Virus record (IMG/VR): IMGVR_UViG_3300036985_010229
Span: 1-60,445 of that record
Reading direction: 5' to 3' (one strand)
Origin: a virus
Lineage: Duplodnaviria > Caudoviricetes
Length of the DNA: 60,445 nt
Both the position numbers and the translations under genes were made by a program. The number at the start of each line of letters is the position of its first letter. The first letter of the stretch is position 1. This document shows positions 20,594 to 29,536 of this stretch, one piece after another. The notes beneath the pieces were generated by a model. The model ran no database searches and had not been told where the DNA came from. It saw only the letters and a program-made list of their open reading frames with translations.

Positions 20594-20791
20594 TCAATCG
20601 GGCATTTCGGCGATCATTTCCGAGGTCACCGCTGACTCGTAGTCGAGCAGCATTACGCCCAGCACCTGCTTGTCGGTGTGGACTTTCCCAATCTCCCAGG
20701 AATCCTGAGGTGGTTTCACTCGAAGCAGCAGTTCCCCGTCCCTCAGGAGGTAGTCCGCAATGCGTCGAGCGTGCTGTTCAGAGAGCTTCAT
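20594..20791 (-). CDS. hypothetical protein
   Basis: MKLSEQ... start forms an ATGA overlap with the upstream stop. Confidence 0.55.
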   Translation of the reverse strand: MKLSEQHARRIADYLLRDGELLLRVKPPQDSWEIGKVHTDKQVLGVMLLDYESAVTSEMIAEMPD

Positions 20792-21405
20792 TTGGACCGA
20801 GCCTTCCTGGGTTTGAGCCGGACAGGCTCTACCCACCCACGGCGCTTTCCAGGCGGGGTCGTGTAGGCCGCCTCGCCCCACCCGTGGCGAATCCGCCAGA
20901 GGAGGGTGGCGTACTTGATCCGCAGGAGCCTCGCCCAGGCACGCTTGGTCCTGGACACCCCTTGGACCTTGACCATGTGGTCGGCGTGGCTCTTGAGCCC
21001 GAGGTTCTGCTGCGAGATCGTCTGCCACTCGCACTCGCCCGGACCGTAGTCGCTGAACGGGGTCAATCTCCCGAGGGTCTTCCCTGGGGGTCGTGGTCCC
21101 ATGTCTGCGAGGAAGTTCTCGAACTTCCGCCACCGAGCAGCAACACGGATCCCCTGCGCCCCGTAGTGCTCGTAGGAGCGGTGGTTCTTGCAGTGACACC
21201 GCTGAACCATGGCCCGCCAGGTCGTGTAGGTGGGCGACTCAAGCCTCCCGTCCTCACGGACCGCACGGTGACCATGCCTCAACCCAGACGACACCCTCTT
21301 GTGGAGGGGGGCACTGGGGTCAGCGGTCGGTGGGTCACACGCTCGGGTCGCTGTCGTAGGGGAGCGTCGCGTCATGGACCCGGTCCCCCAAACCCTTGAG
21401 CCCAA
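20788..21405 (-). CDS. HNH-endonuclease-like protein, apparently degenerate active site
   Basis: TY.TW.AM.QRC....H.SY..YG..GI.V..RW..F..FL.DMG.RP.G.TL matches a common phage HNH-like family; the true start is probably downstream of 21405. Confidence 0.7.
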   Translation of the reverse strand: MGSRVWGTGSMTRRSPTTATRACDPPTADPSAPLHKRVSSGLRHGHRAVREDGRLESPTYTTWRAMVQRCHCKNHRSYEHYGAQGIRVAARWRKFENFLADMGPRPPGKTLGRLTPFSDYGPGECEWQTISQQNLGLKSHADHMVKVQGVSRTKRAWARLLRIKYATLLWRIRHGWGEAAYTTPPGKRRGWVEPVRLKPRKARSK

Positions 21406-21496
21406 GCTGGAAGCAGATCTCCGAGAGCGGGTGGGCCACCATGTTGTGGACCGTCCATTGGAACCGCTTCGGGAGGGCGCTGACGAGGTTTCTCAT
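21335..21496 (-). CDS. small conserved phage protein
   Basis: WTVHNMVAHPLSE....HDAT motif; ATGA overlap. Confidence 0.6.
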   Translation of the reverse strand: MRNLVSALPKRFQWTVHNMVAHPLSEICFQLGLKGLGDRVHDATLPYDSDPSV

Positions 21497-22065
21497 GGTG
21501 TGACCGTACCGAGGTGCCCCTGTAGACGGGCGACGCCAATCGTCCCGCAGTAGCGAGCGGTCGGAGCCCCCGGAATGACCCAGTCCTTCGAGGCGGTCGG
21601 GACAGTCATTTCCAGCACAGCGTACCCGTGCGCTTGGAGCCACTCAGCGTCTGCGACACCCTCAGCCAGTTCATAGGACGACCACACGATCCACGGAGGT
21701 TGAAGAAGATTGAGCGTGCTCTCCCAGGTCGGGGTGGGCGTGTCAGCCCTCGTGTACCCGACGTGGCGGGTCGCTGGGAGGGTGAATCCAGGCTGGAGCA
21801 TGATTGCAGGCAGCCCGACAGGGGCACCCTGCTCCGAGCGGAGTCCAACGACCTTGGGTCTTCGGCACTCCCCGAGCAGCCTCAGGGAGGGGTCAATGAC
21901 GTAGACCTCGCGGACGCTCTCGTCCTTGAGCACACGGTAGGAGTCTGCGTGGACGTGGGTGCCTGCCCCGAGGTCGTAGATCTGCTTGGGACGGAAGACG
22001 TGCTTCCGCAGCCGTCGGATCAGCATGGACCGAGCGAGCGGCCTCCACGGGTGTTCTTCGCTCAT
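21493..22065 (-). CDS. putative SAM-dependent methyltransferase-like protein
   Basis: IYDLGAG motif I followed by a VYVID acidic strand. Confidence 0.45.
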   Translation of the reverse strand: MSEEHPWRPLARSMLIRRLRKHVFRPKQIYDLGAGTHVHADSYRVLKDESVREVYVIDPSLRLLGECRRPKVVGLRSEQGAPVGLPAIMLQPGFTLPATRHVGYTRADTPTPTWESTLNLLQPPWIVWSSYELAEGVADAEWLQAHGYAVLEMTVPTASKDWVIPGAPTARYCGTIGVARLQGHLGTVTP

Positions 22066-22066
22066 T

Positions 22067-22270
22067 TCAGAAGCACCACATATCATGGGCCATTGCGTTC
22101 GCCCCGCAGCGGGAGCAACTTGCACTGTCCGAGTTTTCAGTCGTGTGGCCTGGACCGTCCCAGACGTGCTCGCACGGCCCGTTGGGGCACTCGCACTTGC
22201 ACTTATGGGTCGAGATTCCGCAGAAGAACACCTGAACCACTGGCTTCGATTCGTCGGTCATGGTCGCCAA
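22067..22270 (-). CDS. small Cys/His-rich zinc-binding protein
   Basis: CKCECP.GPCEH.WDG...CSRCG. Confidence 0.6.
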   Translation of the reverse strand: MATMTDESKPVVQVFFCGISTHKCKCECPNGPCEHVWDGPGHTTENSDSASCSRCGANAMAHDMWCF

Positions 22271-22780
22271 TCACAGCGGGAACTTCAGCCCCATGTCGCG
22301 CATGGTGAGCAGCGCCTCTGCGTTGCCACGAGCGTCGTCCAACGGGTCGTGCGTGTGCCTCGTTCGGCGGAGGTGCTTGAAGTTCTGGAACGTGTCCTTG
22401 ACCATGCCCTTGTAGAGCGAGCCGAGGTTGGTCGAGGAGTGTCCGAACGGGCACGAGCCCATGAAGTGGTGGAAGTACCAGCAGACGAACATCCAGTCGA
22501 ACCCGTTGTTGTCCGAGACGAACATTGGGCGCTTGGTGAGGTTCAGCCAGTTCGCGAAGGCTCGCATTGCGGCCTCAGGCTCCATGAACGTGAGGGTCTG
22601 CTCGCGTGTGTGTCCGCTGACAGCGAGCGCCTCCGGGACCCACTTCTCGGAGATCGGCCTGAGTTGGATCTTGAACTGCTGTGTGAAGCCCGGCTCGACC
22701 ATGACTGCCCCCAACTCGATCATTGAGTAGTCGCCAGGAATCGGGCCGTCGGCCTCAATGTCCACCATGACGTAGGTCAC
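22271..22780 (-). CDS. DEDDh 3'-5' exo(ribo)nuclease (DUF5051/RNase AS-like)
   Basis: VDIEADGPIPG.YSM..LGA, NGFDWMF, HDPLDDA; GTGA overlap start. Confidence 0.85.
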   Translation of the reverse strand: MTYVMVDIEADGPIPGDYSMIELGAVMVEPGFTQQFKIQLRPISEKWVPEALAVSGHTREQTLTFMEPEAAMRAFANWLNLTKRPMFVSDNNGFDWMFVCWYFHHFMGSCPFGHSSTNLGSLYKGMVKDTFQNFKHLRRTRHTHDPLDDARGNAEALLTMRDMGLKFPL

Positions 22781-23058
22781 CGGAGCCACACACATTCCCA
22801 GCCGCTCTTCGCTGGATAGAAGGTCTCGTGAATAGAGGCAAACACCTCGCCCGTTGCGAGGTTCCGCCCAACGCTCTTGATCCACTCTTCGGTCGCAGCG
22901 ACACAGAGGTCCATGTCACTGTCCGGGTTGAAGCGCCCCTTCGGGATCTTGTACCACCCCTCCGGCGTCTTCTCGAACGAGGACACGTCCATGGCCTCTC
23001 CCCGATTGAGGAGCGACTTCATTTCGAGGTTGGCCAGGTGCGTGTACTTGTCGGTCAC
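22777..23058 (-). CDS. hypothetical protein
   Basis: 93 aa, translationally coupled. Confidence 0.65.
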   Translation of the reverse strand: MTDKYTHLANLEMKSLLNRGEAMDVSSFEKTPEGWYKIPKGRFNPDSDMDLCVAATEEWIKSVGRNLATGEVFASIHETFYPAKSGWECVWLR

Positions 23059-23312
23059 TTGCCGTCCATGAGCGCAGTGCGTGCGGCGTCGTAGCGGTTT
23101 TCTGCTCCCTGGCGCAGAACGTCTCTTGCATTCGGATAGAGCCCGCTCGAACGAAGTCCGTCCGCCGCGTCGATCACCCTCCGCTGCCGCTCGACGAGAG
23201 CGCGGAGGGCGTCAATCTCGTGGGGCAACGTGTTCTCGTCGCGGACGGCGCGCTCTCGAATCATGCGCTCCCACTCCGGGGTCATTGTCAGCGGCCCGAC
23301 TGGCGCGGTCAT
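23055..23312 (-). CDS. hypothetical protein
   Basis: 85 aa, coupled overlaps at both ends. Confidence 0.6.
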   Translation of the reverse strand: MTAPVGPLTMTPEWERMIRERAVRDENTLPHEIDALRALVERQRRVIDAADGLRSSGLYPNARDVLRQGAENRYDAARTALMDGK

Positions 23313-23782
23313 GTTGCACTCCGGTGTGCTGCCCGTGCGGTGAGATAGGCACCCTGCTTCTCCAGCAAGGTGCAGTAGCAGGACGCCCTCATGTCCTCAC
23401 CTGCTGCGGTACCAGCAACGTGCCGGGGACACCATGCTGGGGTGGCCGCGAGGAGTTCGTCTGCGGCGTCGAGTGCCACAGAGGCCAGGACGAGTTGGGT
23501 CCGCACCTTCGCGAGGTCGGCCCGCACCAGGTCGGACGAGGAGAGCAGTGCGTCGAGGGACTCATTCACGGCCTTCGGGTCGAGGTCGCGGTCGGTGTTC
23601 CGCGCTTCGGGGGCAGCAGCAACGAGTCGGACGAGCTTCGTGAGCAGCGAGTACACGTCCGGGGTGACAAGCTCACCCCGGACGTGAAGCTCTCCCTCAG
23701 CCGAGATCGTGATCACGTTGAGGGGATTGGGCTCCCCTCGAATCACGAACTTGGGCTCTGGTGCGGTGTCGCTCACCCGCAA
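23309..23782 (-). CDS. hypothetical protein
   Basis: About 157 aa, coupled. Confidence 0.55.
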   Translation of the reverse strand: MRVSDTAPEPKFVIRGEPNPLNVITISAEGELHVRGELVTPDVYSLLTKLVRLVAAAPEARNTDRDLDPKAVNESLDALLSSSDLVRADLAKVRTQLVLASVALDAADELLAATPAWCPRHVAGTAAGEDMRASCYCTLLEKQGAYLTARAAHRSAT

Positions 23783-24333
23783 CCTGCGTTCGACGCCGAC
23801 CCACCGTCGGGTCCACCGCCGATCTCGTAGACCGGCTTGGACGGGGGGAGACCGTCAGGGTCTGCTTCGACCACGGGGTCAGTCTCGACCGCCGAGTAGG
23901 AGTACGAGCCCCTCTTGCCGTGGCGGGTGAGCTTCCCGGTCGTGAACAGCTTGTAGAGGGCACCCTGGATCGACTTCTCGATCATGCCGGGGGACGCCTG
24001 CTTGACGCGGGTGATCAGGACCGCCTCCGACATGACGGCGGAGGGGTTCTCCTCGAACGTCTCGCGGACGATCCGCTCGGTCAGTTGGGAGACGCCCACG
24101 GCACGGGGCCGGGCGAGGCTCTCCTCCAGCGGGACGCCGAGCGCCGTGAGCATGGTGGCGAGCCGCTTGATCTGGTCCTCGATCACCGTCACCTCCTTGG
24201 TGAGGGACTCGATCGAGGCGAGGATCGTGGTGCGTCGTTCCGAGAGGTCTGCGTAGCCGATCCTGGCGTTGGCGACCATCTCGTCGAAGTTGAATGCGCG
24301 GTCGTTGTCTTCGTTGTCGTCGGAAGATTGCAT
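23773..24333 (-). CDS. coiled-coil + winged-helix-like DNA-binding protein
   Basis: Heptad helix, then SIQGALYKL...GKL.R.G.RG.Y.Y; GGCGTAA precedes the start. Confidence 0.55.
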   Translation of the reverse strand: MQSSDDNEDNDRAFNFDEMVANARIGYADLSERRTTILASIESLTKEVTVIEDQIKRLATMLTALGVPLEESLARPRAVGVSQLTERIVRETFEENPSAVMSEAVLITRVKQASPGMIEKSIQGALYKLFTTGKLTRHGKRGSYSYSAVETDPVVEADPDGLPPSKPVYEIGGGPDGGSASNAGCG

Positions 24334-24340
24334 GGGATCT

Positions 24341-24691
24341 TTACGCCTTCGAGGGACGCTTCGTGCCCTGCTTCTTCCCGAACTGCTTCGAGATTGCGTA
24401 GTTCGCCAGCACGGTGATTGCTGACTCCACACCGGACACGACCGCAAGGGCGAGCCGCAGTTCCGGGTTGAGGCAGATCTCTCCGTTGGTGAAGCTGAGC
24501 GGAATGCTCACGACCTCCCGCACTTGGTTCATGCGCGTCGGGGTCCGGACGAGTGTGTTCGTCTGGACACGAACGAACACCCCAGGTCCTGTGCCCCTGA
24601 GCTTGTTGTGGTCGAAGGGCATGACGCCCAACAGGGTGGGAGCAAGGTGCTTCGTCCGGGGCCGAGCCTTGGGCTTGGTCTTCGTGGTCAT
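24341..24691 (-). CDS. hypothetical protein
   Basis: 116 aa downstream of the bipartite promoter at 24711-24736. Confidence 0.65.
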   Translation of the reverse strand: MTTKTKPKARPRTKHLAPTLLGVMPFDHNKLRGTGPGVFVRVQTNTLVRTPTRMNQVREVVSIPLSFTNGEICLNPELRLALAVVSGVESAITVLANYAISKQFGKKQGTKRPSKA

Positions 24692-24710
24692 GGGTGTCCT
24701 CTCACTCCGG

Positions 24711-24736
24711 AAGCGATTGAGCCCAGGCCGTTTTCA
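24711..24736 (-). promoter_or_regulatory. bipartite promoter motif TGAAAA-N15-CGCTT
   Basis: One of 14 copies with an identical 15-nt spacer. Confidence 0.75.
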
Positions 24737-24933
24737 CGATTCACCCAGGAACGCACGGCACCGCCGCTCCCGCTCGTCATGGCGGAGGTGTCTGAAGGCC
24801 GTGACTCCGGACACCATGTGCTCTGGGATCTCCTCGTGGGGCAGGCCCTCACACGAGAGGCTCTCGACCAAGCTGTGGCTCGTCGGGTTCTTCACCGACG
24901 CCACGCGCCACCGGAGCACTGCGTCGTGGCGGC

Positions 24934-25149
24934 TCACGACCCACCCGGCGGGTACACCAGGACCATGTGGATCTCGATCTCCCCGGTCTTGGTCCACCGC
25001 CGCGAGGTGACCTGGTGCTCCCCGGTGTGGAGGTCGATCCAATCCCCCACCAGCGGCGGAGACGTGAAGTACATTTCCGCACGCTTTGCGTGGGCGACCT
25101 GACCGAGGTGGTTGTACTCCTCGATAACGATTGGGAACATGGTCAGCAT
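24934..25149 (-). CDS. hypothetical protein
   Basis: 71 aa; GGCGTAAG lies 7 nt before the ATG. Confidence 0.55.
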   Translation of the reverse strand: MLTMFPIVIEEYNHLGQVAHAKRAEMYFTSPPLVGDWIDLHTGEHQVTSRRWTKTGEIEIHMVLVYPPGGS

Positions 25150-25156
25150 GAGGCTC

Positions 25157-25426
25157 TTACGCCTCAGGGTCCTCGTCCTCTGCAATCTCTTCTTGGACAG
25201 GGGGCGGGTTCTGCACCTGGAACCCGCACTCGGGACACGGAGTGCAACACTCCCGCTGGTGGTAGATTGAAGGCCGGGCGTGGCAAACACACCGGCAAGG
25301 GGCGTCATGCTCGTGCCTACCCAGCGGGCAGTTCAGCAGGCTGACGGTCTTCTTGGTCGGGGCCTCGCTGTCGAAGAAGGTGTGTACGGGGACCTTCTTC
25401 GTGATCTCGTCGTCGTCGGAACTCAT
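25157..25426 (-). CDS. Cys-rich small protein
   Basis: CRCVCH...CC.PCPECG. Confidence 0.55.
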   Translation of the reverse strand: MSSDDDEITKKVPVHTFFDSEAPTKKTVSLLNCPLGRHEHDAPCRCVCHARPSIYHQRECCTPCPECGFQVQNPPPVQEEIAEDEDPEA

Positions 25427-25430
25427 TGGG

Positions 25431-25631
25431 TCAACCGCTCTTGACCACGTCTGCCACCGACTGCGGTACGACAGGGCAGGCACCCCGGTCACAGACCCAG
25501 TAGGTCATGTGCCCGCAACTGTGGCAGTTCTGAATGACGGGCAGGCTGCGGAGCTTATCTAGCTCGACGGTCAGCCGCTCGATCTCCTTGGCCATTCTCA
25601 CAACCTTCGCGTCATAGTCTTCAGCAGTCAT
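25431..25631 (-). CDS. coiled-coil + Cys-cluster small protein
   Basis: LPVIQNCHSCG..C...C. Confidence 0.55.
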   Translation of the reverse strand: MTAEDYDAKVVRMAKEIERLTVELDKLRSLPVIQNCHSCGHMTYWVCDRGACPVVPQSVADVVKSG

Positions 25632-25663
25632 GTCCAGTGAGCCCTATAGGCTCGGCAACCTGG

Positions 25664-26518
25664 TCAGGGCTCGTCGATCCCGAACAGGCTCTCCATGCTC
25701 ACCGGGGACTGGTCCTCAGCAGGCTCCGCGTCGCCGTCGTAGCAGCCGCAGTCGGGGGCAATGACATCTCTTGCCTGTAGGGCGCACGCCTCTCCCAGCA
25801 GGAGCCCACGCCACGAGAAGCTACGGCCCAGCCCATACGAGGTGGTCAGATTGGGGAGCGCGTTTTTCTCGATCTGGATCGCACGCTTCAGGTACTCCGG
25901 GTACTTGCGGCCCATTTCAATGATCTCCGACTTCTTCGTCGAAGGACAGTGGAAGCAGGACGACTTGCCCGGCAACGGCAGCCCGGCCTTCTCAATCACG
26001 TCCACGCACTCGTCTCGGGCCATGTCCCAATCGGTGAGCGGGGCCGTCCAACGAACAGCGCCAACCCCCTTCCCTTCGGGCTGGGGGTTCTTCGCGAGCA
26101 TTCGCTGGGCTCGTGACGGCTCACCAGCGTCGTAGCCGATCCACCGTTCGAGCACCTCACCACGACCCCAAGCAGCCTGAACGAGCGGGTGGTTCCGAAT
26201 GAACTGGTCGATCGGCTGCTTCCACTTCGAGGTGCAGCCCGAGTACCCGTAAGCCTTCGAGGGAAGCTCGCCACGACGCAGGCAGTCCTGCTCGATCGTC
26301 ACGAACTCGCCACCCTTTCGGATCCAACGCACCACGTCGATCTCAGGGAACCCACGCGCCACCAACCACCCGGTGAACAGCTTGAGGTACTCGTAGGTGT
26401 GGGGGAGTTCGTCCCCGGTGTCCGAGAACACGATCACGTCAGGGCGGATACCCCTGTTGTGAGCCTCGACGAGCAGCGCCGTGCTGTTCGTCCCGCCGCC
26501 GTAGCTGACAATGATCAT
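25664..26518 (-). CDS. PAPS-reductase-family (PP-loop adenine nucleotide alpha hydrolase) protein, probably DNA-modification related
   Basis: VSYGGGTNSTA PP-loop, FSDTG.E.P.TY, CT.KWK, IGYDA.E..R, PL.DW...R..C, KSSCFHCP. Confidence 0.85.
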   Translation of the reverse strand: MIIVSYGGGTNSTALLVEAHNRGIRPDVIVFSDTGDELPHTYEYLKLFTGWLVARGFPEIDVVRWIRKGGEFVTIEQDCLRRGELPSKAYGYSGCTSKWKQPIDQFIRNHPLVQAAWGRGEVLERWIGYDAGEPSRAQRMLAKNPQPEGKGVGAVRWTAPLTDWDMARDECVDVIEKAGLPLPGKSSCFHCPSTKKSEIIEMGRKYPEYLKRAIQIEKNALPNLTTSYGLGRSFSWRGLLLGEACALQARDVIAPDCGCYDGDAEPAEDQSPVSMESLFGIDEP

Positions 26519-26700
26519 TGCTGTGTCCCATACCCCGGTGAGTCTTCTAAGGCCGCCTCTGCCTTCTGAAGCCGCTCCCGTAGAGCGTCAATCTCAGCAA
26601 GCAGGGCCTTCAGCCGGACGCCCTCTGACCACCGCTCACGCTTGAGAGCGTGAGCGCGAGCCTCTGCTTCGACCTCTGGAGTGATCGCGATCGGTCCCAT
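26515..26700 (-). CDS. hypothetical protein
   Basis: 61 aa with an LLAEIDALR helix; ATGA overlap. Confidence 0.5.
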   Translation of the reverse strand: MGPIAITPEVEAEARAHALKRERWSEGVRLKALLAEIDALRERLQKAEAALEDSPGYGTQQ

Positions 26701-26708
26701 GCCCCACT

Positions 26709-27029
26709 CTACTGGTGGGTCAGCCTGACAGGCTCTTCCATGCCGACCCACTCCATGAAGGTCGTGCCCTTGTGCTGCCAGATCCGAAGCTGGATCTTCC
26801 CTTCGGCTTCGAGCCAACCCTCGTCGGTGTCGCAGGACTCGCACGAGAAGTTGATCCGAAGATCGTCCCGACGGTCCGCAATCCTACCGAAGTGGGTCTT
26901 GAGCCCGCCCTTGTTGACGGTGACGATCGTGCTGTCAGGCTCGTCCTCCTCACGGCGGAAGCCGACCTCGACGCGGATCTGGTGAAGGTTGTCCGACCCG
27001 CAGCGGGGGCAGGAGAGATACTGGAGCAT
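26709..27029 (-). CDS. zinc-ribbon protein
   Basis: CPRCGSDNLHQ...F.CESC. Confidence 0.65.
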   Translation of the reverse strand: MLQYLSCPRCGSDNLHQIRVEVGFRREEDEPDSTIVTVNKGGLKTHFGRIADRRDDLRINFSCESCDTDEGWLEAEGKIQLRIWQHKGTTFMEWVGMEEPVRLTHQ

Positions 27030-27037
27030 GAGCTACC

Positions 27038-29488
27038 TCAGGTTGGGGAGAGCGTCTGGAGCCGGGGCACCAATCCCAGGGCCGAGTACTGGATCCCCGT
27101 TAGAGGGTCGAGGTCGTTGCCACAGAGAATCCCCCCGTCCGGCGCACCGGGGGACACGAGCTTTACGCCCGTCGTGCCTGAAATGGTCACGGACCCTGTC
27201 ACCGCCCTCAAGGTCGCGTCAGTCTGAGCCGAGACGGTGCTCGACCCGGCGCTCACCGTCGTCGAAGAATCTCCGGCAATGAGGGTCATGTCGTGGCCGT
27301 CCACCGAGTCGATCGACAGGGTGTTGTTCCCGGCCTTCGCCTTCCACTGACCCAGTGCTGTCTCGAACAGGAAGTCCCCGACCAGCAGGCTCGTCGTGTG
27401 GTCTCCAGGGCCAGACCATTCTTCGAGCCGGTCGCCGTAGGTCATCTTGTAGTGGTCGGTCGTCCCACCCGCGTTGCCCGTAGCCGGGGTCGCGTTGATC
27501 TGAAAGACGTTGCTGGGGCCGTTCGCCGGGTTGGAGTCGTTCGGGCCAGAGACCTGGACCTGCATTGAGCCAGAGGCCGAGATCGCAACCTGCTGGGCGT
27601 TCAGGCTCGCACGCTGCCCCGAGGACAGATTGAGCGAACTCTCCGCCCGAATGTCGATCTGCGTGGCGTTCGTCAGCGCCATGCGGGGCGAGTTCAGAAC
27701 GAGCGACCCCTCACTCCGAAGGGTGACGTTGCTCGTGCCGTGGACCAAGACCGACGGAGCGAACCCACCGCTCGTGCTCGCAGGGTCGGCGTCCGCAGCA
27801 GCCGAGGCTCCAGCGATCGTGCCCCCGCCGAAGATTGAGACAGCCCCAGCCGCTGACGTGAGCGAGACGCCCACGTTGCCCGGACCGGGGGCCGCCGTGA
27901 TCGCAACGCCGCCGCCCGAGGTGATCCCGATCCCTCCTCCAGAGGCCACCTGAAGGTCGCCCCGAAGAGCCACCTCACCCGAGACGCCCGGCCCGGCCAG
28001 GTACGCCTTGAGCCGAGCGTCCTTCGTGAAGCACACGAAGCTCGCTGGCCCAGGACCAAAGGCAGGCGTGACCTTCAGCAAGGTCGCTGCGTGGTCCCGC
28101 ATTCGCGAACTGATCCCCGACACCAGACCTGGGGAGACACCCCCGCCCGTGTCGAAGACGACAGGGCGCAAGGGCACCCCATAGAGCGCCCTGCCGGTCA
28201 GGGAGAAGGCATCGTTGCCTACGACCGAACCAAGCACCCACTCGACGAACGGAGAGGCCGTGGAGCCGCCTAGAGGGTTGCCTGCCGTCGGCACCTGATT
28301 GGGCAGCCGTTCAGCGTCGAAGCCGTCCGTCTGCTCGGTGACGGGAAGTAGCCCACGAGTCGAGTGAGTGACCTCGACCCGGTACTCAGAGAGTGACTCC
28401 GGCGTCGGGTCCGACTCGAACGTGGAGGCGACCGCATTGGCGGTCCCAGTGACGGGAAGGTCCCCGCCAGGAAGCAAACCCACCCGGTAGAGCGCCTTGC
28501 CCCCGTAGACGACCTGGGGGGTTGTGCGGCTCTCGACCCGGAACCCGGCGTTGTCTACGAACGTGCCCCACTGAAGGAAGTCGAACGGGTCGATCCGATT
28601 CGACAGGGTGGTCCCGACCGACTCCTCGAAGGCCGACTTGGGCGTGCCGGGGCTGCCACGCAAGAAGATCAGGCCGGGGGTCAAGAACCCAATCGGGAAC
28701 GGGGAGGTCCCCAACGAGGAGGACGGGACAGGGTTGGACTCGGCGTCCACTTGGGGGATCGGCGAGTCCCAGTAGGTGCCGTCCGAGAACAACTCCGACG
28801 GGAGCAGCCGGGCTTCACGCTGGACCGGCCCGGAGTAGACCCTGGTGCCCGCCTGCGCATGAAACTCGACGATCGACCGAACGACGAACGCAGAGTCCTC
28901 GTCCCGCAGGCGAAGCTCGCTACCCCGCCGATTGGTGAGCAGCACGCTCCGGTCGAGCACGAGATCAGAGCCACCCGACGACGTGGCCAGCACGTCGCCA
29001 GGCCCAACGTGCCGGAGCTTGAACCTGACCCGCTCAGCCAGACCCGTGGCGACTGCGCGCTCTTTCGGGGTGTCGAGCCCTTCGCCGGGGCTGTACCGAG
29101 AGAAGGGCAGCCACTCTTGGCCCATCCACGGGGCCGGGGGCACCCACCCGACAATGATTGGGGTCCGGACGCTCGCCGTGCCGCTCGACTCTCGGGCTGC
29201 CCAGCCGACGAGGCACAGGTCACCGCGTTCTGGGATTGCACCGAAGAAGTGCCGCCGCCCGCCGCCGGGGAGCGTGAGGTCCACGCCCGTGTACTCGAAA
29301 ATGTCGCTCTCGCCTGTGAGGATCACGAGGGTGCATTTGAACTCCTCGTATTGGATCTCCTTCACGCGAGCGACGCTGAAGGCAAGCTGCGCCCAGTTGA
29401 TCGAGGGGTTGGTGGCGTCGTTGTCCCCGCCCCGCATTCCCGCCCGCATTTCGCCCGGCGAAATGTGGCTCCTAGGTGACTCAGCCAT
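27038..29488 (-). CDS. baseplate central spike-like protein (gp5/GpV/VgrG-like)
   Basis: N-terminal OB-fold-like ARV..I....C....P..GD.CLVGW; the C-terminal third has Gly/Ser/Thr-rich beta-helix-like repeats (GIGITSGGGVAITA, SVTISGTTGVKL). Confidence 0.65.
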   Translation of the reverse strand: MAESPRSHISPGEMRAGMRGGDNDATNPSINWAQLAFSVARVKEIQYEEFKCTLVILTGESDIFEYTGVDLTLPGGGRRHFFGAIPERGDLCLVGWAARESSGTASVRTPIIVGWVPPAPWMGQEWLPFSRYSPGEGLDTPKERAVATGLAERVRFKLRHVGPGDVLATSSGGSDLVLDRSVLLTNRRGSELRLRDEDSAFVVRSIVEFHAQAGTRVYSGPVQREARLLPSELFSDGTYWDSPIPQVDAESNPVPSSSLGTSPFPIGFLTPGLIFLRGSPGTPKSAFEESVGTTLSNRIDPFDFLQWGTFVDNAGFRVESRTTPQVVYGGKALYRVGLLPGGDLPVTGTANAVASTFESDPTPESLSEYRVEVTHSTRGLLPVTEQTDGFDAERLPNQVPTAGNPLGGSTASPFVEWVLGSVVGNDAFSLTGRALYGVPLRPVVFDTGGGVSPGLVSGISSRMRDHAATLLKVTPAFGPGPASFVCFTKDARLKAYLAGPGVSGEVALRGDLQVASGGGIGITSGGGVAITAAPGPGNVGVSLTSAAGAVSIFGGGTIAGASAAADADPASTSGGFAPSVLVHGTSNVTLRSEGSLVLNSPRMALTNATQIDIRAESSLNLSSGQRASLNAQQVAISASGSMQVQVSGPNDSNPANGPSNVFQINATPATGNAGGTTDHYKMTYGDRLEEWSGPGDHTTSLLVGDFLFETALGQWKAKAGNNTLSIDSVDGHDMTLIAGDSSTTVSAGSSTVSAQTDATLRAVTGSVTISGTTGVKLVSPGAPDGGILCGNDLDPLTGIQYSALGLVPRLQTLSPT

Positions 29489-29536
29489 GTGGGTTCCTCA
29501 GTCTGGTCAGACCATACGGAGGAAACCACCCACCAG

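Noticed and set aside
25664-26518. Complete Dnd/Ssp phosphorothioation system or a sulfate-assimilation cysH
   Set aside because: No dndA/B/D/E, sspB/C or cys neighbours in the window; only the family-level call is supported.
336-29488. Cellular T6SS or extracellular contractile injection system locus
   Set aside because: No sheath, tube, TssJLM or ATPase cluster here; the context is phage accessory genes.
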